A DNA stretch of 64,000 nt. Origin: the human T2T-CHM13v2.0 reference genome, Homo sapiens. The DNA is taken from the NCBI RefSeq assembly GCF_009914755.1, contig NC_060931.1. One strand, given 5' to 3'. Numbering within the stretch: position 1 is the stretch's first letter; every line of letters begins with the position of its first letter. The position numbers and the translations under genes were made by a program. The notes beneath the pieces were generated by a model. It was not told the DNA's origin. It was given only the letters and a program-made list of their open reading frames with translations, and ran no database searches. Positions 1-18,305 of this stretch are shown here, one piece after another.

Positions 1-1019
1 ATTTGTTCTTTGTAGTAAAGGGTTTATGCCTCACCTCTTAAGCAGACTGTAAACTTCTTGGTGTCAGAAGCTCTGTCTTAAGTCTGTGTGTATCATAACC
101 CTGCACACAGCAGGACATGGTAGTCGGGAACGGTGAAGGGTCTGAGATCTAACTGTACATGCAGGTCAACAAGTCAGTCTGCCACAGTTTCATGGATGCT
201 GGTAGAAGCCACAAAACCCCGAGTTATGACAAAAAACAATTTATTACACACGGCAATAGCAGTGGCCACGGTAGCAGCATTTTTGCGTGGGTTCTAGGAC
301 CCCAGTTCCCACAGACAATGCAAAGAGGCATTGCAGGTGACACCAGCACAGCCGGTGGGCTGGGTTCTAGAAAAGGAACCCTGAGCTTAAGGAATCTGAT
401 TCTTTTATAACAGGTGATCATGCCTGTCCTTTGGTCCAGAAGAAGACACTATTTCCCAAGGCTGCCCATTAGGAGGTGAGAACATCTTTGAAAAGGCAGT
501 CAGTGCCACTGCTCACAAGATGTGTGGAAACATGAGACAGGGGGAAAGGCAGCCATCCGCATTTTTTGATGGGTTAAGCATTCCCTGAAGCCTGGCTAAG
601 TGAGGCCCCATAGGTTCTTGCCCTGCTAATGGGTCTCTTTCCACATTATCCATTTCAACCCAGCTTGGCTTCTGGGCTTAGCTACTTTACATTTGCCTGT
701 TTAGCAAAGAATTGGGGGCTTCCATTACTCCATCACTGGCGGTAAAATAAATGTTGAGGTTCAGGAGATTCTAAATTCCTCTGAGATTCTAATGTCTTCT
801 TTACTGGGGACTGAGGGAGGGATGGGGACTGCAATAGTTCTGAGTCCAAGTTTTTCTGCCTGATGATTTGTGGGCTCTGGACCCTGGGAAATGAGGAAAC
901 CAGCTGGCTACACACCCGCTGCTCATCCAAGGCTGGCTCCCCTTGGAAGGGATTCTTGAGCACTCCACACCCCTCAACAGCGAAACAGAACGTAACATTC
1001 TACACTGCAAGCTCCTACA

Positions 1020-1238
1020 TCGGGGCCAGCAAGCTTTGTGTGTAAAAAGCCTAATAGTAAATATTTTATGCTTTGTGGGCCATTCAGTCTCTGTTAAGAC
1101 TCCTCAACTCTGCCCTTGTGGCACAAAAACAGGTACAATGTGTAAAGAAATGGGTGTGGTTGTGTTTAGATACATTTTTATTTACAAAATTCAATGGCAG
1201 GCTGGATTTACCCCTCAGGCTGTAATCGGCTGACCCTG
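1020..1238. mobile_element. MER58A-like hAT DNA transposon fossil
   Basis: Resembles the recalled MER58 consensus; degenerate terminal inverted ends. Confidence 0.7.
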
Positions 1239-2086
1239 TCCATATTCTGAACACACTCCTGTCTCGCAGGCTTCTTTACAAGCCTCTATGTAAAGCACAG
1301 GCTGGTGAGGGCCCCAGGAAGAGCAGCACCGCCCTCGGCACAGGCCCCTACTCCAAGTCCTGTGCAGGAGCAGGTCTTGCCCAGCGCAGCAGCTCTGCAC
1401 CTCTGTGGCACCGCTCTGCCAAGAGGGAAGGTGCAGGCCCTGCAGCCCATCGCCTTGGATCTGAAGACCAGCCCTGTGGGGCTGCTAAGTCATGAAACTG
1501 GCCTCATGGAGATTTCATAAAGCCCCTACCAGCTTTCCTGCCCTTCAGAAATGCTTACATCTATATATTTATGTTATATCTTCATATATAAAGAAAATGG
1601 AAAAAGTCAAAATCAGTTTGCTATCATTTACAATGAAAGGAAGGAAGACTAAGGATGTGTTTATGTGTGTGTGGAGACAGGAAAAGAGACAGAACCAACA
1701 CTAATTACTGCAAAACGAAAAAAGAGAAAGGAAGGAAGACAGGGAGGGAGGGGGCAAAAATCTCATTCCATGCTCCACACAGTTCTCTTAAGTCTACAGG
1801 CCGAGGTTGTAGGAGCCTAGACAATCTCAGCAGGTAAGAAGATTCTAGGCCCACTAGACTTACACTTTACACTGAATTGAAGAAAATCATAAAAAGGGGT
1901 TTTGCCACCTGGATGTACAGCAGAACATAATTAAATTTAATCTTCTTGGGACAGTGTTTTAATGGGATAAATCAGCTCCCATTTAACCTCATACATAGCG
2001 ACACAAAGAAAGGCCTTTCATGGCGCACGAGGTGTATAAACAAAGGGAAACCATATCTTTCTGGGCAAAACTGCTTTTCTGGATTG

Positions 2087-2101
2087 TTTATTATGTTTAA
2101 T
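2087..2101 (-). terminator. TMEM176B: TMEM176B polyadenylation signals (ATTAAA 2101-2096, AATAAA 2092-2087)
   Basis: Tandem hexamers about 200 nt downstream of the stop codon. Confidence 0.85.
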
Positions 2102-2301
2102 CAGCATTGTGGAAAATGCAACAATATCTGTTCATGGACTTGAGAACCCCAGAGTGGGAACAGCAGGTGCGGATGTGGGGAGAAGAAAGGAGGAGGGTCT
2201 GGAGAGCGGCCATAGGGGAGGCAAGTGTGAGGAGCCAGGAGTGGGGGCCCTGGGCTGCCCTAGACAGGGACATGCGGGCACCCCGTGGGGTCTTTGGCGG
2301 C

Positions 2302-7750
<5,449 letters not shown>

Positions 7751-8100
7751 CAGTGTCTTTGTCAAAATTCAAAGGGGCTTCCCAGTGCAGATATCAATGG
7801 CACTGGAAATCAATAGTGATTTTACACATAAAAAAGTTAAGAGATACAAAAGGGTATATATACCTTTAAAACCTTATCGCTCATCTTTTTCCCTCAACCA
7901 CCTATTTGCCTTGCAGATGCAAAGTAATATTATCAGTCTCTTATAAATCCTACCATGACATTTTTGCATACAAAAGTGTGAAAAAGTATTTCTGCCCCCT
8001 TTTCCCACAAATAGCAGCATACTATACACACTGATTTGCATGATGCTGTGATCACACGATCATATGTTTTTAGAATAATCCTACATGAGTCCATAAAAAG

Positions 8101-8517
8101 TGTCAACCTAAATAACAGAGAGAGGCTCTCCAAAAGAAAATGAGATTGATTCTGGAATAGGGCATTGCAATGAGAATATGCTTACCATAGTAAATCATGT
8201 GCACGTTCAGGGAGGTAAAGGAAGACAAAGGTTTTTAAAGGAAAAATGGGGAGACTTACATAATCTCTTTGAGGTGATCATCCTTGGCTACAAGGATCAA
8301 TAACAAGGGTGACACAAGTCCAGGGTTAGACAGGCAGTTGCTGGTGGATGTCCTCACAGAAGTATTTTTTTGTGTAAGGTTGTCATTTTACAGAGTCCTT
8401 TGTGATGACTTTTGTTCCCAGGTTATTTACGCATGAGAACCCTGCCTTGTGGGCCTTCCATTTTCAGATTTTTTTTTTAACTCAAGTGACTCGATTATGA
8501 TTCTGACAACTTTCACA
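8101..8517 (-). mobile_element. ERV1 solo LTR (MER65-like)
   Basis: tgtc...caca ends with 4-bp TSD AAAG at 8097-8100 and 8518-8521. Confidence 0.75.
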
Positions 8518-9034
8518 AAAGCTTCTTCACTCATTTGTGTAACTGCATATATTTTGAGAGTATGAATTCCTCATAATTTATTTAAGTGGTTCCCTATTGG
8601 CAGACATTTAGGTTATTTCTAATCCTTTTCCATTACAGACAATGTGGAATTGGCAGGGCACCAGGAATGCGCATTTGCAATTTTAGTAGATATTGTCAGT
8701 TATCCTCCACGGAGGTGGTAGCAATTCACATGCAGGAGGCAAACTCTTTTATCTTTTTCCTTTTATATGGGGAAAAATGCATTGATTTTAATCAATTTTA
8801 TGTAATAAAAATGTCCCATTTTAAATGTATATCTCAACGAGTTTTGACAAATTTACACATTTGTGCAATTACAGCTACAATCAAGATAAAGGACATTCCT
8901 ACACAGCAATACATTCCCTAAAGCCCCTCCCCAGAAAATACCCCCAACCACTGGCCATGAGCAACCACTGACCTGCTTTCTGTAATGATTTCCATATATT
9001 TTTAATCCATGGTTTTCTTTTATTTCATTTTTTT

Positions 9035-9487
<453 letters not shown>

Positions 9488-11057
9488 TGAGTGAGGTTGG
9501 TTGTCTTTTCATATGTTCAGGGCCATTTTTATTTCTTCTTTTGTGAGCTCTCCGTTCACATCCTATGTCCTTGTTTCGTTTTGTTTTGTTTTGCTTTTTT
9601 CTATGGAAGTTCTTTATCTATTCACAAAATTACCGTTTGTGATATGAGTTTCAAATGTTTCTTTACAATTTGAAGTTTATTTTTTGACCTTGCTTGTATA
9701 TTCATACAATCCATGTTCTATTTCATTCTATTTATGGTGTCTAGCTCTTACACTTTTAAAGGACTTCCCCGTTTCGAGATTATAAAATAATCTTCCACAT
9801 TTTCTTCTAAGTGCCTTTATGCTTTCAGTTTTCACTTTTAAATGCCGACCATCTGGAATTTGGGAGCTGGGTGACCAACCTTCGCCGTTGGGAGACACGG
9901 ATCCAAGTTCTGTTGCTGTCATTCAGATGTTTAACTTCTGAAAGATACGTTCCATTTGCGGAAAATACATCCTCTTTTTCTCAGTGATTTAAAATTCTCT
10001 CCTGAGCAGAAATGAAGTTCCCCTAGGAATGTAGGCCTATTCTAGTCCTTATATTCTGCCCATTGGCATGTCTCATGGGCTAGGCATCATTACCACAATT
10101 TTAACATGGAGCTTAATGCTAATTGGGCTGTTTCATGATCCCCTCGTGTGGTTTTTCTTTCAGAATTGTCATGGCCATTTTTGCTAGACTACTTCTTCAC
10201 GTGCACTTTAGAATCAGCTTGCCTGGCTCTAAAATAAATCCTGCATAGGCAATTCTAATGGACATCCTGGCTAAGTATCACAGTTTAAATCAAATATTAT
10301 TAACAATTCTAATAACACCTCCCATTCGTACTCTACCTATTTTTCAAAGCAGTTTCACTCTTTCACCCACCTGGCCTCCTTGGGGTTAGAAAGGACAGGA
10401 GTTAGACAATTCCGCACACGTACAAAGGAGCTTCAGACTGCTTCCAGCCCAGCCCCAGATTCCAGCCAGACCTTCCCTTGACGGCCCAGGCCTCGCCCTG
10501 AGGGCACCTCGGGTTCCAGCTACCTCCGGGCCCCCAGGACCACCGCTTCCCCCGCCCCACGCCAACCCCTAGATCTGCCTCGCCCCCGCCTGAAGAGTCG
10601 GATCTGAACCAGGCCGGCACCACGGAGATTCCCCTGCGGGCCGCCCGACGCCTGGTAGGTGGTGGGCTCTTCCCGGCTGCCCCGAACACTTTCCTCTGTC
10701 CAGCTCTTCCCGTGCCCCGGGGCTGGGGAAAGCGTCCGGCAGCCCCGCCGCTCCCTGGCCCCGTCCCAGGAGCCACCCCACCGTAGGGCTCCAGCCAGGG
10801 TCCAGGCGTGCAGGCGGCGGAAGGTGGACGGGACGCGCCAGCCCCAGGCCTCTCCTCCCGCTCTCCAGCCGTTTTTCTGGGGAGAAACACCTGCACCCAG
10901 CTGTCCCTCCCTCCTACGTGAGTCCTCCTGGAAACCAGGTTGGAGGAAGAAAGACGTCCTGTGGACAGGACGGGGTGGGGGCATGGCCCTGGGGACTCCT
11001 CGTGACAGAGGGTCCTGCGGCAAGAGGGTCTCCCGGGCCGCGGAGGCCCTGCCTCAC

Positions 11058-11140
11058 CTGCAGTCCTCCGGGAGCCCGCGGCCGAGCAGAGCGGACACTA
11101 GCTGACCCCGAGCAGGGGAGCGACGGGAGGGCGGAGACGG
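11058..11140 (-). other. TMEM176B: TMEM176B non-coding first exon, proximal option (5' end approximate)
   Basis: Minus-strand donor CAG|gtgagg at 11057 inside the CpG island. Confidence 0.6.
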
Positions 11141-11539
11141 CAGATGCACGGGTGGGGGCTGCGGCCCCGCCCAGGCTGCGCGGTTTCCCGAAACCAGCTG
11201 CGGCCCGGGGGCCCGGCAAAGGGGGTTCCGCCCGGAGGAGCGGACCGGGCGGGAGAAGACCGAGCCCCCGCGCGCCCCCTGCGCTCCCACTCGCGCACAC
11301 TTGCACGCCGGCCCTGGCCGGGCGGGGCTGGAGGCGAGAACGACCCCACGGGCTTTCCCAGGGCCGTCCGCCCGCGGACCCTCCCAGCTCCCCAGAGCCC
11401 AGTGACCCTCGCGCAGCAGGAGAACCCCAGACGGACCCCAGGCCCTGCAGCCTGTCATGAACCCGAGGGGCTGAAGTTCAGCCCCACCCCCGCCTCCCCT
11501 CCCCGCCTCCCCCTCCAACTCTCAACCCACTTCTCCAGC

Positions 11540-11588
11540 CAGCGCCCCAGCCCTCCCGCCGCCCGCTCGCAGGTCCCGAGGAGCGCAG
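11540..11588 (+). other. TMEM176A: TMEM176A non-coding first exon (5' end approximate); alternative donor at 11728
   Basis: Donors CAG|gtgagg at 11589 and CAG|gtgcgg at 11729; acceptor catag| at 12296. Confidence 0.65.
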
Positions 11589-11752
11589 GTGAGGCGGCAC
11601 CCCACTCCCGGCGGCCCCCGGGCCTCCTTCCGCACGCACCCCGAGCTGCCTCCGCACAGTTGGAGGAGCGTAGGAGGGACCCCCACCCAGGGATGACACT
11701 CCAGGAAGGGGACTGCGGAGGAAGCCAGGTGCGGCCCCGGCTTTTGACCTAC

Positions 11753-12140
11753 CTCCGCACCGCAGCGCGGTCCTTCACGGGGCAGGGGCGGCGTGAACCC
11801 GTCGGGCGTGAGCAGCAGTCGGTGGAGCGGGAGGTCGGCGGTGGCGGGGATGGGGGTATCCGGAGCGCAGCCGGGGCGCAGCTGCTGGCACAGGAGCTCC
11901 ACAGGCAGCCAAGGACTCGGTCCTGTCCCAGAGCCTGCGGACTGTGGAGGGGAGGCCGCAGGAAGAGCCCGGGAGGAGGGGGTGAGGGGTCGAGGTGTGG
12001 GGCGCTGCTTGACCCAGACGCCAGGGCCCTGGGAGGAGGATGAGGGGGACAGAGCAGATCTTGGGCGAAAGGGGAGGTTCCCGCAGGCTCAGTAGTCGCC
12101 GCAGTTCCAGCATGGTCAGCAGCCCCCTCTGCTACACACA
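11753..12140 (-). other. TMEM176B: TMEM176B alternative non-coding first exon, distal option (5' end approximate)
   Basis: Strong minus-strand donor GAG|gtaggt at 11752; lies inside TMEM176A intron 1. Confidence 0.5.
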
Positions 12141-12296
12141 TTCCCCTCGTGAGGGGCCAGGGGTGCGGCCCTGTGACCAGTACAGCCATTCATTGGGTGA
12201 CTTTGAGCCACCACTGGCCCCTGACCTCCCCAACTCCAATGAAATCTGCGAAAATCTTCTGACAGCCGTTCCTCTCTGGTGCTCCCTTCCTCATAG

Positions 12297-12485
12297 ACTG
12301 TGTCCCTGACAATGGGAACAGCCGACAGTGATGAGATGGCCCCGGAGGCCCCACAGCACACCCACATCGATGTGCACATCCACCAGGAGTCTGCCCTGGC
12401 CAAGCTCCTGCTCACCTGCTGCTCTGCGCTGCGGCCCCGGGCCACCCAGGCCAGGGGCAGCAGCCGGCTGCTGGTGGCCTCGTGG
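12297..12485 (+). CDS. TMEM176A: TMEM176A first coding exon (ATG 12312)
   Basis: tag|ACT ... TGG|gtgagt. Confidence 0.95.
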
Positions 12486-15400
12486 GTGAGTGTGACGGCC
12501 TGCCTCGTGGGGCGGCGGGAGGAACTCCCCACCTCCAGCCGCAGCAGCACTCTCTGCCAGCCTCCCTCTGAACAGGACACCGAGCCAGTTATGTCTTCTT
12601 ACTTAGCGATGTGATTCTCTGGCCTTCTCAGTAAGAGCCTGGGGAGGGGAGGCTCTGGGCTGAAGGGGTGTGGAGGAGCCACTGACCATGCAGAGTCCCA
12701 ATCAGTGGAGCCCTGAGTCCATCCTTTCCTCTGGGCCAAACTCAGGATGGGCCGGCTCTCCTCTCCTTCCTTTCCCTTCTCTTTTCTCCTCCTCCTGCCT
12801 CTTCTTCTTTCTCCTTCTCCTCCTCTTTCTTCTCCTTTTCTCTTCTCTTCTCTTCTCTTCTCTTCTCTTCTCTTCTTTCTTTCTCTCTCTCTCTACCTCT
12901 CCCTCTCTTTTTGGGGTTTTAGCGGTTAATCCCTGCAGTGGCAGGTCCACCTAGGAGCCGGGATCTTGGGTCCTTTGTCTTTCAGGTGATGCAGATCGTG
13001 CTGGGGATCTTGAGTGCAGTCCTAGGAGGATTTTTCTACATCCGCGACTACACCCTCCTCGTCACCTCGGGAGCTGCCATCTGGACAGGGGCTGTGGTGA
13101 GTAGAGCAGGACAGTGCTTGACTGCCTGTGAGAGGGGTGGGGCATTGCTCTCCTGATTGCCTTCCTCCAACATGGCGCCACAGAATGCTGGCAGTCGGAG
13201 AGATCTGATTATCTAGGACCATTCCCTGCCTGTTCAGATGAGCAAACAGCTGAGGGCGGTGGTGGCATGTCCTATTCACACTGTCTGCTCTCCCATACCC
13301 TTCCCAGTGCTGTTCCCACCAGGCTGGCCACCTCTCCCTGCCTTCAACAGTTAATGTCAACTAAGGATCTAAGGACCTGCTCATCTCCAGATACTTGCAT
13401 TGAGATGGGGAAGGCAGAGCGTTCCAGATAGTATGTGGTCCCCCAGGAAGCATCACCCCCTGGTTATTCCCATTGTCCTCCACAGGCCCTGCACACAATG
13501 GAAACCCAGGAATTGTTGTCAACAGATGGGTGTGTGCAGTTTGCACAGGAGCTGGGTAGGCTGGTCATGGTACCTACACTCTCAGAATAGCACTAAAACA
13601 CTCATATTTACTGACAGAAGCCGAGAGTAATTACCTTCACCCAGCCTGTGGCAAAATACCCAGCTTAATTACAGAATTAGCCAAACAGGATTCAGGTCCA
13701 CCTGTCCACTGGGACATACTAGATTTCCTGTTCTTCAAGCCCAGCTGAGTGGATTATTGGGCACTGTTAGGACAGGCTTCTAGACCTAACAGTGCCCACT
13801 CTGTATAGACTCACCCTTCATTGAGATCTTCTCCAGCACCCCATGACTTTTATCCACAGGATCCCACCATCCCTAGAACTTTCATAAAGCACTTGGTGTT
13901 GTTTAAAAAGGAAGGTTTAGAAGGGAAGAGGGGCTCACACCTGGCTTGACCACAAGCTCTTAGGTGTCACTAAAGCAGGGCCTTTTGCAGCCTCAGGAGT
14001 TGGATCCAGGCTCCACCCTCTCAGCAATTATCTTACCACGGATAATAAAGCTTAGCATGAAACCTCCCGCCCAAGCTGTGTGCTGGGGAAGGGCCTGCAT
14101 GGAGGCTCTCTCGTGGGAGAGGAGTTGCATTTCCTGTGCTAAGCCTGCTCCTGGCTCAATCTCTCCCCAGGCTGTGCTGGCTGGAGCTGCTGCCTTCATT
14201 TACGAGAAACGGGGTGGTACATACTGGGTAAGTTCAGGGAAGGGCATGGGAGGGGACCGGGTTCAGGCTGGAGGTCACCCCAATCTCCTGCCCTGTTGCA
14301 GGCTTCTCTGGGCCTTGCCCTTTTTTCCCCCGACTGGACTCTGAGAGAGACTGAAACACAAAGATTTCTCTCTGCCTCCTCCCTCCCCAGGCCCTGCTGA
14401 GGACTCTGCTAGCGCTGGCAGCTTTCTCCACAGCCATCGCTGCCCTCAAACTTTGGAATGAAGATTTCCGATATGGCTACTCTTATTACAACAGTGCCTG
14501 CCGCATCTCCAGCTCGAGTGACTGGAACACTCCAGCCCCCACTCAGAGTCCAGAAGAAGTCAGAAGGCTACACCTATGTACCTCCTTCATGGACATGCTG
14601 AAGGTAGGTGGCCAAGGGGAAGGGGCAGCAGCAGGTGGGGCAGGGATGGCCAGGCCAGGCCAGGGGCAAGAGTCAGGTTCTCCACCAGAAATAGGTGTTA
14701 CCTATTCTGCACCAAGCTTGCGTATTGTCACCAAAGACAAAGCATCAGACAAAATAGAAATGGCTCCTGTAGGGTGTTACAGACAAGTGGGAAATACAAG
14801 CATTAAAATAATAATAAATGAACCACTATAGCAAGTGTGCCAAGTGCTGCAAAGGTGTTAAATGCATGTTTTCCCTTGATCCTCTGAAGTCTTGGAGGTT
14901 ATCAGGGAATCAAATCATAGCCCAAACCTGTCACTGTACAAATGAGGACACAGGCCCAATGTGAGCAGTTTCCAGCTGTATTCTGTACATTGAATGCATT
15001 GACTTCCCCTCCAGAAGCCACGAACTTGGAGATAAAGGGGTAGAGATTTTCCCAGGTCAATAAGGAGCATGGGGACAGAGCAGGAAGGCAGCTGTCATCC
15101 TGGTGCTTATGGCCTTGGCCCTCTGTCCCCAGGCCTTGTTCAGAACCCTTCAGGCCATGCTCTTGGGTGTCTGGATTCTGCTGCTTCTGGCATCTCTGGC
15201 CCCTCTGTGGCTGTACTGCTGGAGAATGTTCCCAACCAAAGGGGTGAGTCCCTAAGGTGTGTGCCTGTGTATTTGGGGCAGTGGAACTGCTCAAAGGAGA
15301 CAGGAATGGACAGTGGATAGTTTGGGGAGGAGAAAGGGGCCCATGACCCAAGTCCCACCTATTATCATGCCTGTCTTTCTACCCAGTGGTGGCCCAGCCC

Positions 15401-15639
15401 AGAAAGCCCCTATCCCCAACCAAGTGGCCCCCAAGTCAAAGAGCCCAGGAATCCAGGGAAGTCCATATCCATGCTATGCCTTTGGATCAGGTACCATGCT
15501 GCTGATTCTGGTAGCTCCAGAGCTAAGCTGCCCCTGGAGGAGAGACTCCGCCCTTTCTCTCCCACTCACGATTGTCTTGCCTTTCCTCTTCCATTAGAAA
15601 AGAGACCAGAAGGAAATGTTGGAAGTGAGTGGAATCTAG
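12312..15639 (+). CDS. TMEM176A: TMEM176A spliced CDS (235 aa): exons 12312-12485, 12986-13096, 14171-14227, 14391-14603, 15133-15243, 15598-15639
   Basis: All junctions are GT-AG and phase 0. 174+111+57+213+111+42=708 nt translate to [29 protein letters not shown]...KEMLEVSGI*. Shares the HIHQESAL motif and the 111/57-nt exons with TMEM176B. Confidence 0.97.
12760..12912. repeat. Polypyrimidine (CT/CTT/CTCTT)n low-complexity tract
   Basis: About 150 nt almost free of purines on the + strand. Confidence 0.95.
12986..13096 (+). CDS. TMEM176A: TMEM176A coding exon 2 (VMQIV...TGAV)
   Basis: ttcag|GTG ... GTG|gtgagt. Confidence 0.96.
14171..14227 (+). CDS. TMEM176A: TMEM176A coding exon 3 (AVLAG...GGTYW)
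   Basis: cccag|GCT ... TGG|gtaagt. Confidence 0.96.
14391..14603 (+). CDS. TMEM176A: TMEM176A coding exon 4 (ALLRT...MDMLK)
   Basis: cccag|GCC ... AAG|gtaggt. Confidence 0.96.
15133..15243 (+). CDS. TMEM176A: TMEM176A coding exon 5 (ALFRT...FPTKG)
   Basis: cccag|GCC ... GGG|gtgagt. Confidence 0.96.
15598..15639 (+). CDS. TMEM176A: TMEM176A last coding exon (KRDQKEMLEVSGI*)
   Basis: attag|AAA ... TAG at 15637-15639. Confidence 0.95.
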   Translation, partial: KRDQKEMLEVSGI

Positions 15640-15863
15640 CCATGCCTCTCCTGATTATTAGTGCCTGGTGCTTCTGCACCGGGCGTCCCTGCATCTGACT
15701 GCTGGAAGAAGAACCAGACTGAGGAAAAGAGGCTCTTCAACAGCCCCAGTTATCCTGGCCCCATGACCGTGGCCACAGCCCTGCTCCAGCAGCACTTGCC
15801 CATTCCTTACACCCCTTCCCCATCCTGCTCCGCTTCATGTCCCCTCCTGAGTAGTCATGTGAT

Positions 15864-15869
15864 AATAAA
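15864..15869 (+). terminator. TMEM176A: TMEM176A poly(A) signal AATAAA
   Basis: Canonical hexamer 225 nt after the stop codon. Confidence 0.85.
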
Positions 15870-16415
15870 CTCTCATGTTATTGTTCCCAGGTTCTCGCTT
15901 AGTTATTCCAGGGAATTTCTCTTGGCTGGAGGAGGAAGTGGAGAAGGAGCCAATGGCAAACCTCCCACAGCTCCCCAACCTCCTGCCTCAGGCTAGAGTT
16001 GCTGGCCCTGGAGCTAGAACCTCTTTGAGGCTGATCCTGTGGCTATAGGTTCAAAAGCCTAGGAATAAAGGATGAACGGGGCTGAGACTCTGAGCCCACT
16101 CCCTACCACTCACATTTAAGAAGGTGAATGCTTGGCAATTTAAGAATTAGATTTTTTTTTATTGTGACTGTTTGAAAAAATTAAGTAGACAACATAACAC
16201 CGATAGGACATCCAACAACATAGAAAGGACATCCAACAACATGGCAAAATAGAAACCCTTACAAATTGCCCCATAAAAAATCCTAAAACTGCTTGATAAA
16301 ATATGAATCATGTATTTTTAAATTCATGACTATGAACCAAGAAAAAGATGGAGGCCATCAAAGCCTATAGTAGAAGTAGGGGCAAGAATTCAGAGAGTAG
16401 AAGCCAGTATCTGCC

Positions 16416-16924
16416 TGTGTCAGTCCCACAACCACCCACATACTCAGTGTTCCACTTGAAGGACCCACAGGGCTCAGCATGTAGTTGTGTTCATGGCTAA
16501 GTTATATTATAGTAAAAGGATACACAAGGTGGGGAAAGAACACATTAGGCAGACTCTGGAAGAATCCGGCACAGGCTTCCTATATCTTCCCACGGTGAGA
16601 GGCCACACAGTAACACAGCAGTGTTTCTGCCCAGGGAAACCCACCTAAGACTCAAAGACCAGGGTTTTTATTGAGAGCTGGCCACATAGGCACTCCCTCC
16701 ACCTGCACAGCTACTGCAATTCCAGACTCCCAGAGGAAAAGCAGGTGTCCACCTGAAATCACATTGTACAGTCTAGGCAAGCTGATAGACTGGAATTTAG
16801 TAGGCAGGCATACAAAACCACCTTATCAGCCAAGGAACATTCCAGAAGCCCAATTCCTAGAAGACAGCCAAGGGTAGCAAAACCTTGTAAAGGGTGACCC
16901 TCTGTGTTAACTCTTTCTTGCACA
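16416..16924 (-). mobile_element. ERVL-type LTR (MER21/MER68/MER77 group)
   Basis: Similarity to recalled consensus; reverse AATAAA near 16667. Confidence 0.5.
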
Positions 16925-17989
16925 CTGCCCTAAGGGCATCTGCCAACCTCTTGCAACCCAAAACTGCACTTAATAACTATGTGAAAGACAGTAAATGAAG
17001 CCTAGAGCCACTTAAGCTGGAGAGTTACAGTGAAGGACCCAGGATAAATCTTCACTTTCAGAGGACATTTGGGAAAAAATCCACTCCTTTGAGGGAGATG
17101 ACAAGTAAACTCTTGGTGAAAGGAGTCAGATGAAGATTCGTGAATACAAGCCGGCCCTAACATGGACTTATGGATGGAATTCCCACTCCTTGGATAAACC
17201 CCCAAACCCTGAGAAAATAATTTAAAGGTTCTCAAGATGGTAGTGACCCCTGACACCTGTCAGAAACAAATGCAAATTCTGCTGGAGAAATTTACCTTCA
17301 ACTAAACCCTTAAATGATCTGCATGACTATATTTTTTAAAGTGAGACAAATAAATAGAAAGCAAAAAAAAGATGATGATTATAAATTAAGTTTATGAGTA
17401 ACTGCAATAAATATAAATGGATAAAATAGTCCATTTGAACCAGATAGACAGACTGTATTTTTATAAAACTCATCCATATGCTAGTTACACAAAACACAAC
17501 TAAAGCAAAGATACAGAAAGATAGTAAAAGGATGGGGAAAAAAGATATAACAACCAAATTAGTATGGCTGTATTCAAGAGCATTGCCAGAGACAAAGAGG
17601 CCGCTCACGGTCAATCCAATCGTCATTCTCTCTTCCTTACTAATAGAAATCCAGTTTTGTTTTGTTTTTAAGTCGCTACTACCAGCCTTCCTTGCAACTG
17701 AGGATTGCAGTGACCCACACTCTCAGCCAATGAGAAGTCAAGAGAATTCACTGGGAACAGAAAGAATTGGTTGGTTTCCCTACTTTCTGCTCCCTGCTTC
17801 CTCCCCTTCTCCCAGGAATCAGGACCCCATACCTGGCACTGGAGGAGCCATCTTGTGGCTAAGCGGGTAATAGTCAGAGGTTGGAAATGATACAAAAGAC
17901 TAAGGAGGCTGGACCCTCAACAACATTAATTGAATATGCCCAACGAATCCTGGATACTTACCTTTGAACAGCTCTATATGACAAAAATA

Positions 17990-18305
17990 AATGCCTTGCT
18001 GGCTTTTTTTAAGGAAAAAAAAATTTTTTTAATTTACAGTAGCAACAAAACTATAAGATACTTAGAAATAAATCTAGACACTCAAGACTGGTAAAGAAAA
18101 TCATAAAACTTTATTGAAAAACATTAATGAATACCTAAATTAAATAAAAAAGACATATACTATGTCCACAGGTGAGAGGACTCCATTTTGTAAAGATGGC
18201 ATCTCCCTCCAAATTGATGCATAAATTCAGTGCAATCCAAATCAAAATCTCACCAGAGTTTTCTTAGTATGTGATTGGCCAATTCTCAACTTCATACAAA
18301 AGATC
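17990..18305 (+). mobile_element. Old L1M ORF2 fragment, target of the L1PA insertion
   Basis: agatacttagaaataaatcta...ccaaattgatgcataaattcagtgcaatcc. Confidence 0.7.

Larger units (their letters stand above)
10480..12200. promoter_or_regulatory. CpG island / bidirectional TMEM176B-TMEM176A promoter
   Basis: Very high GC and CpG density with multiple GGGCGG boxes, between the divergent first coding exons. Confidence 0.92.

Noticed and set aside
10402-12189. Many long ORFs (up to 299 aa) on both strands
   Set aside because: Expected in a stop-poor CpG island; Pro/Arg/Gly/Ala-rich with no recognisable domain.
12670-12954. Hydrophobic or charged ORFs over the CT tract
   Set aside because: Translation artefacts of a simple repeat.
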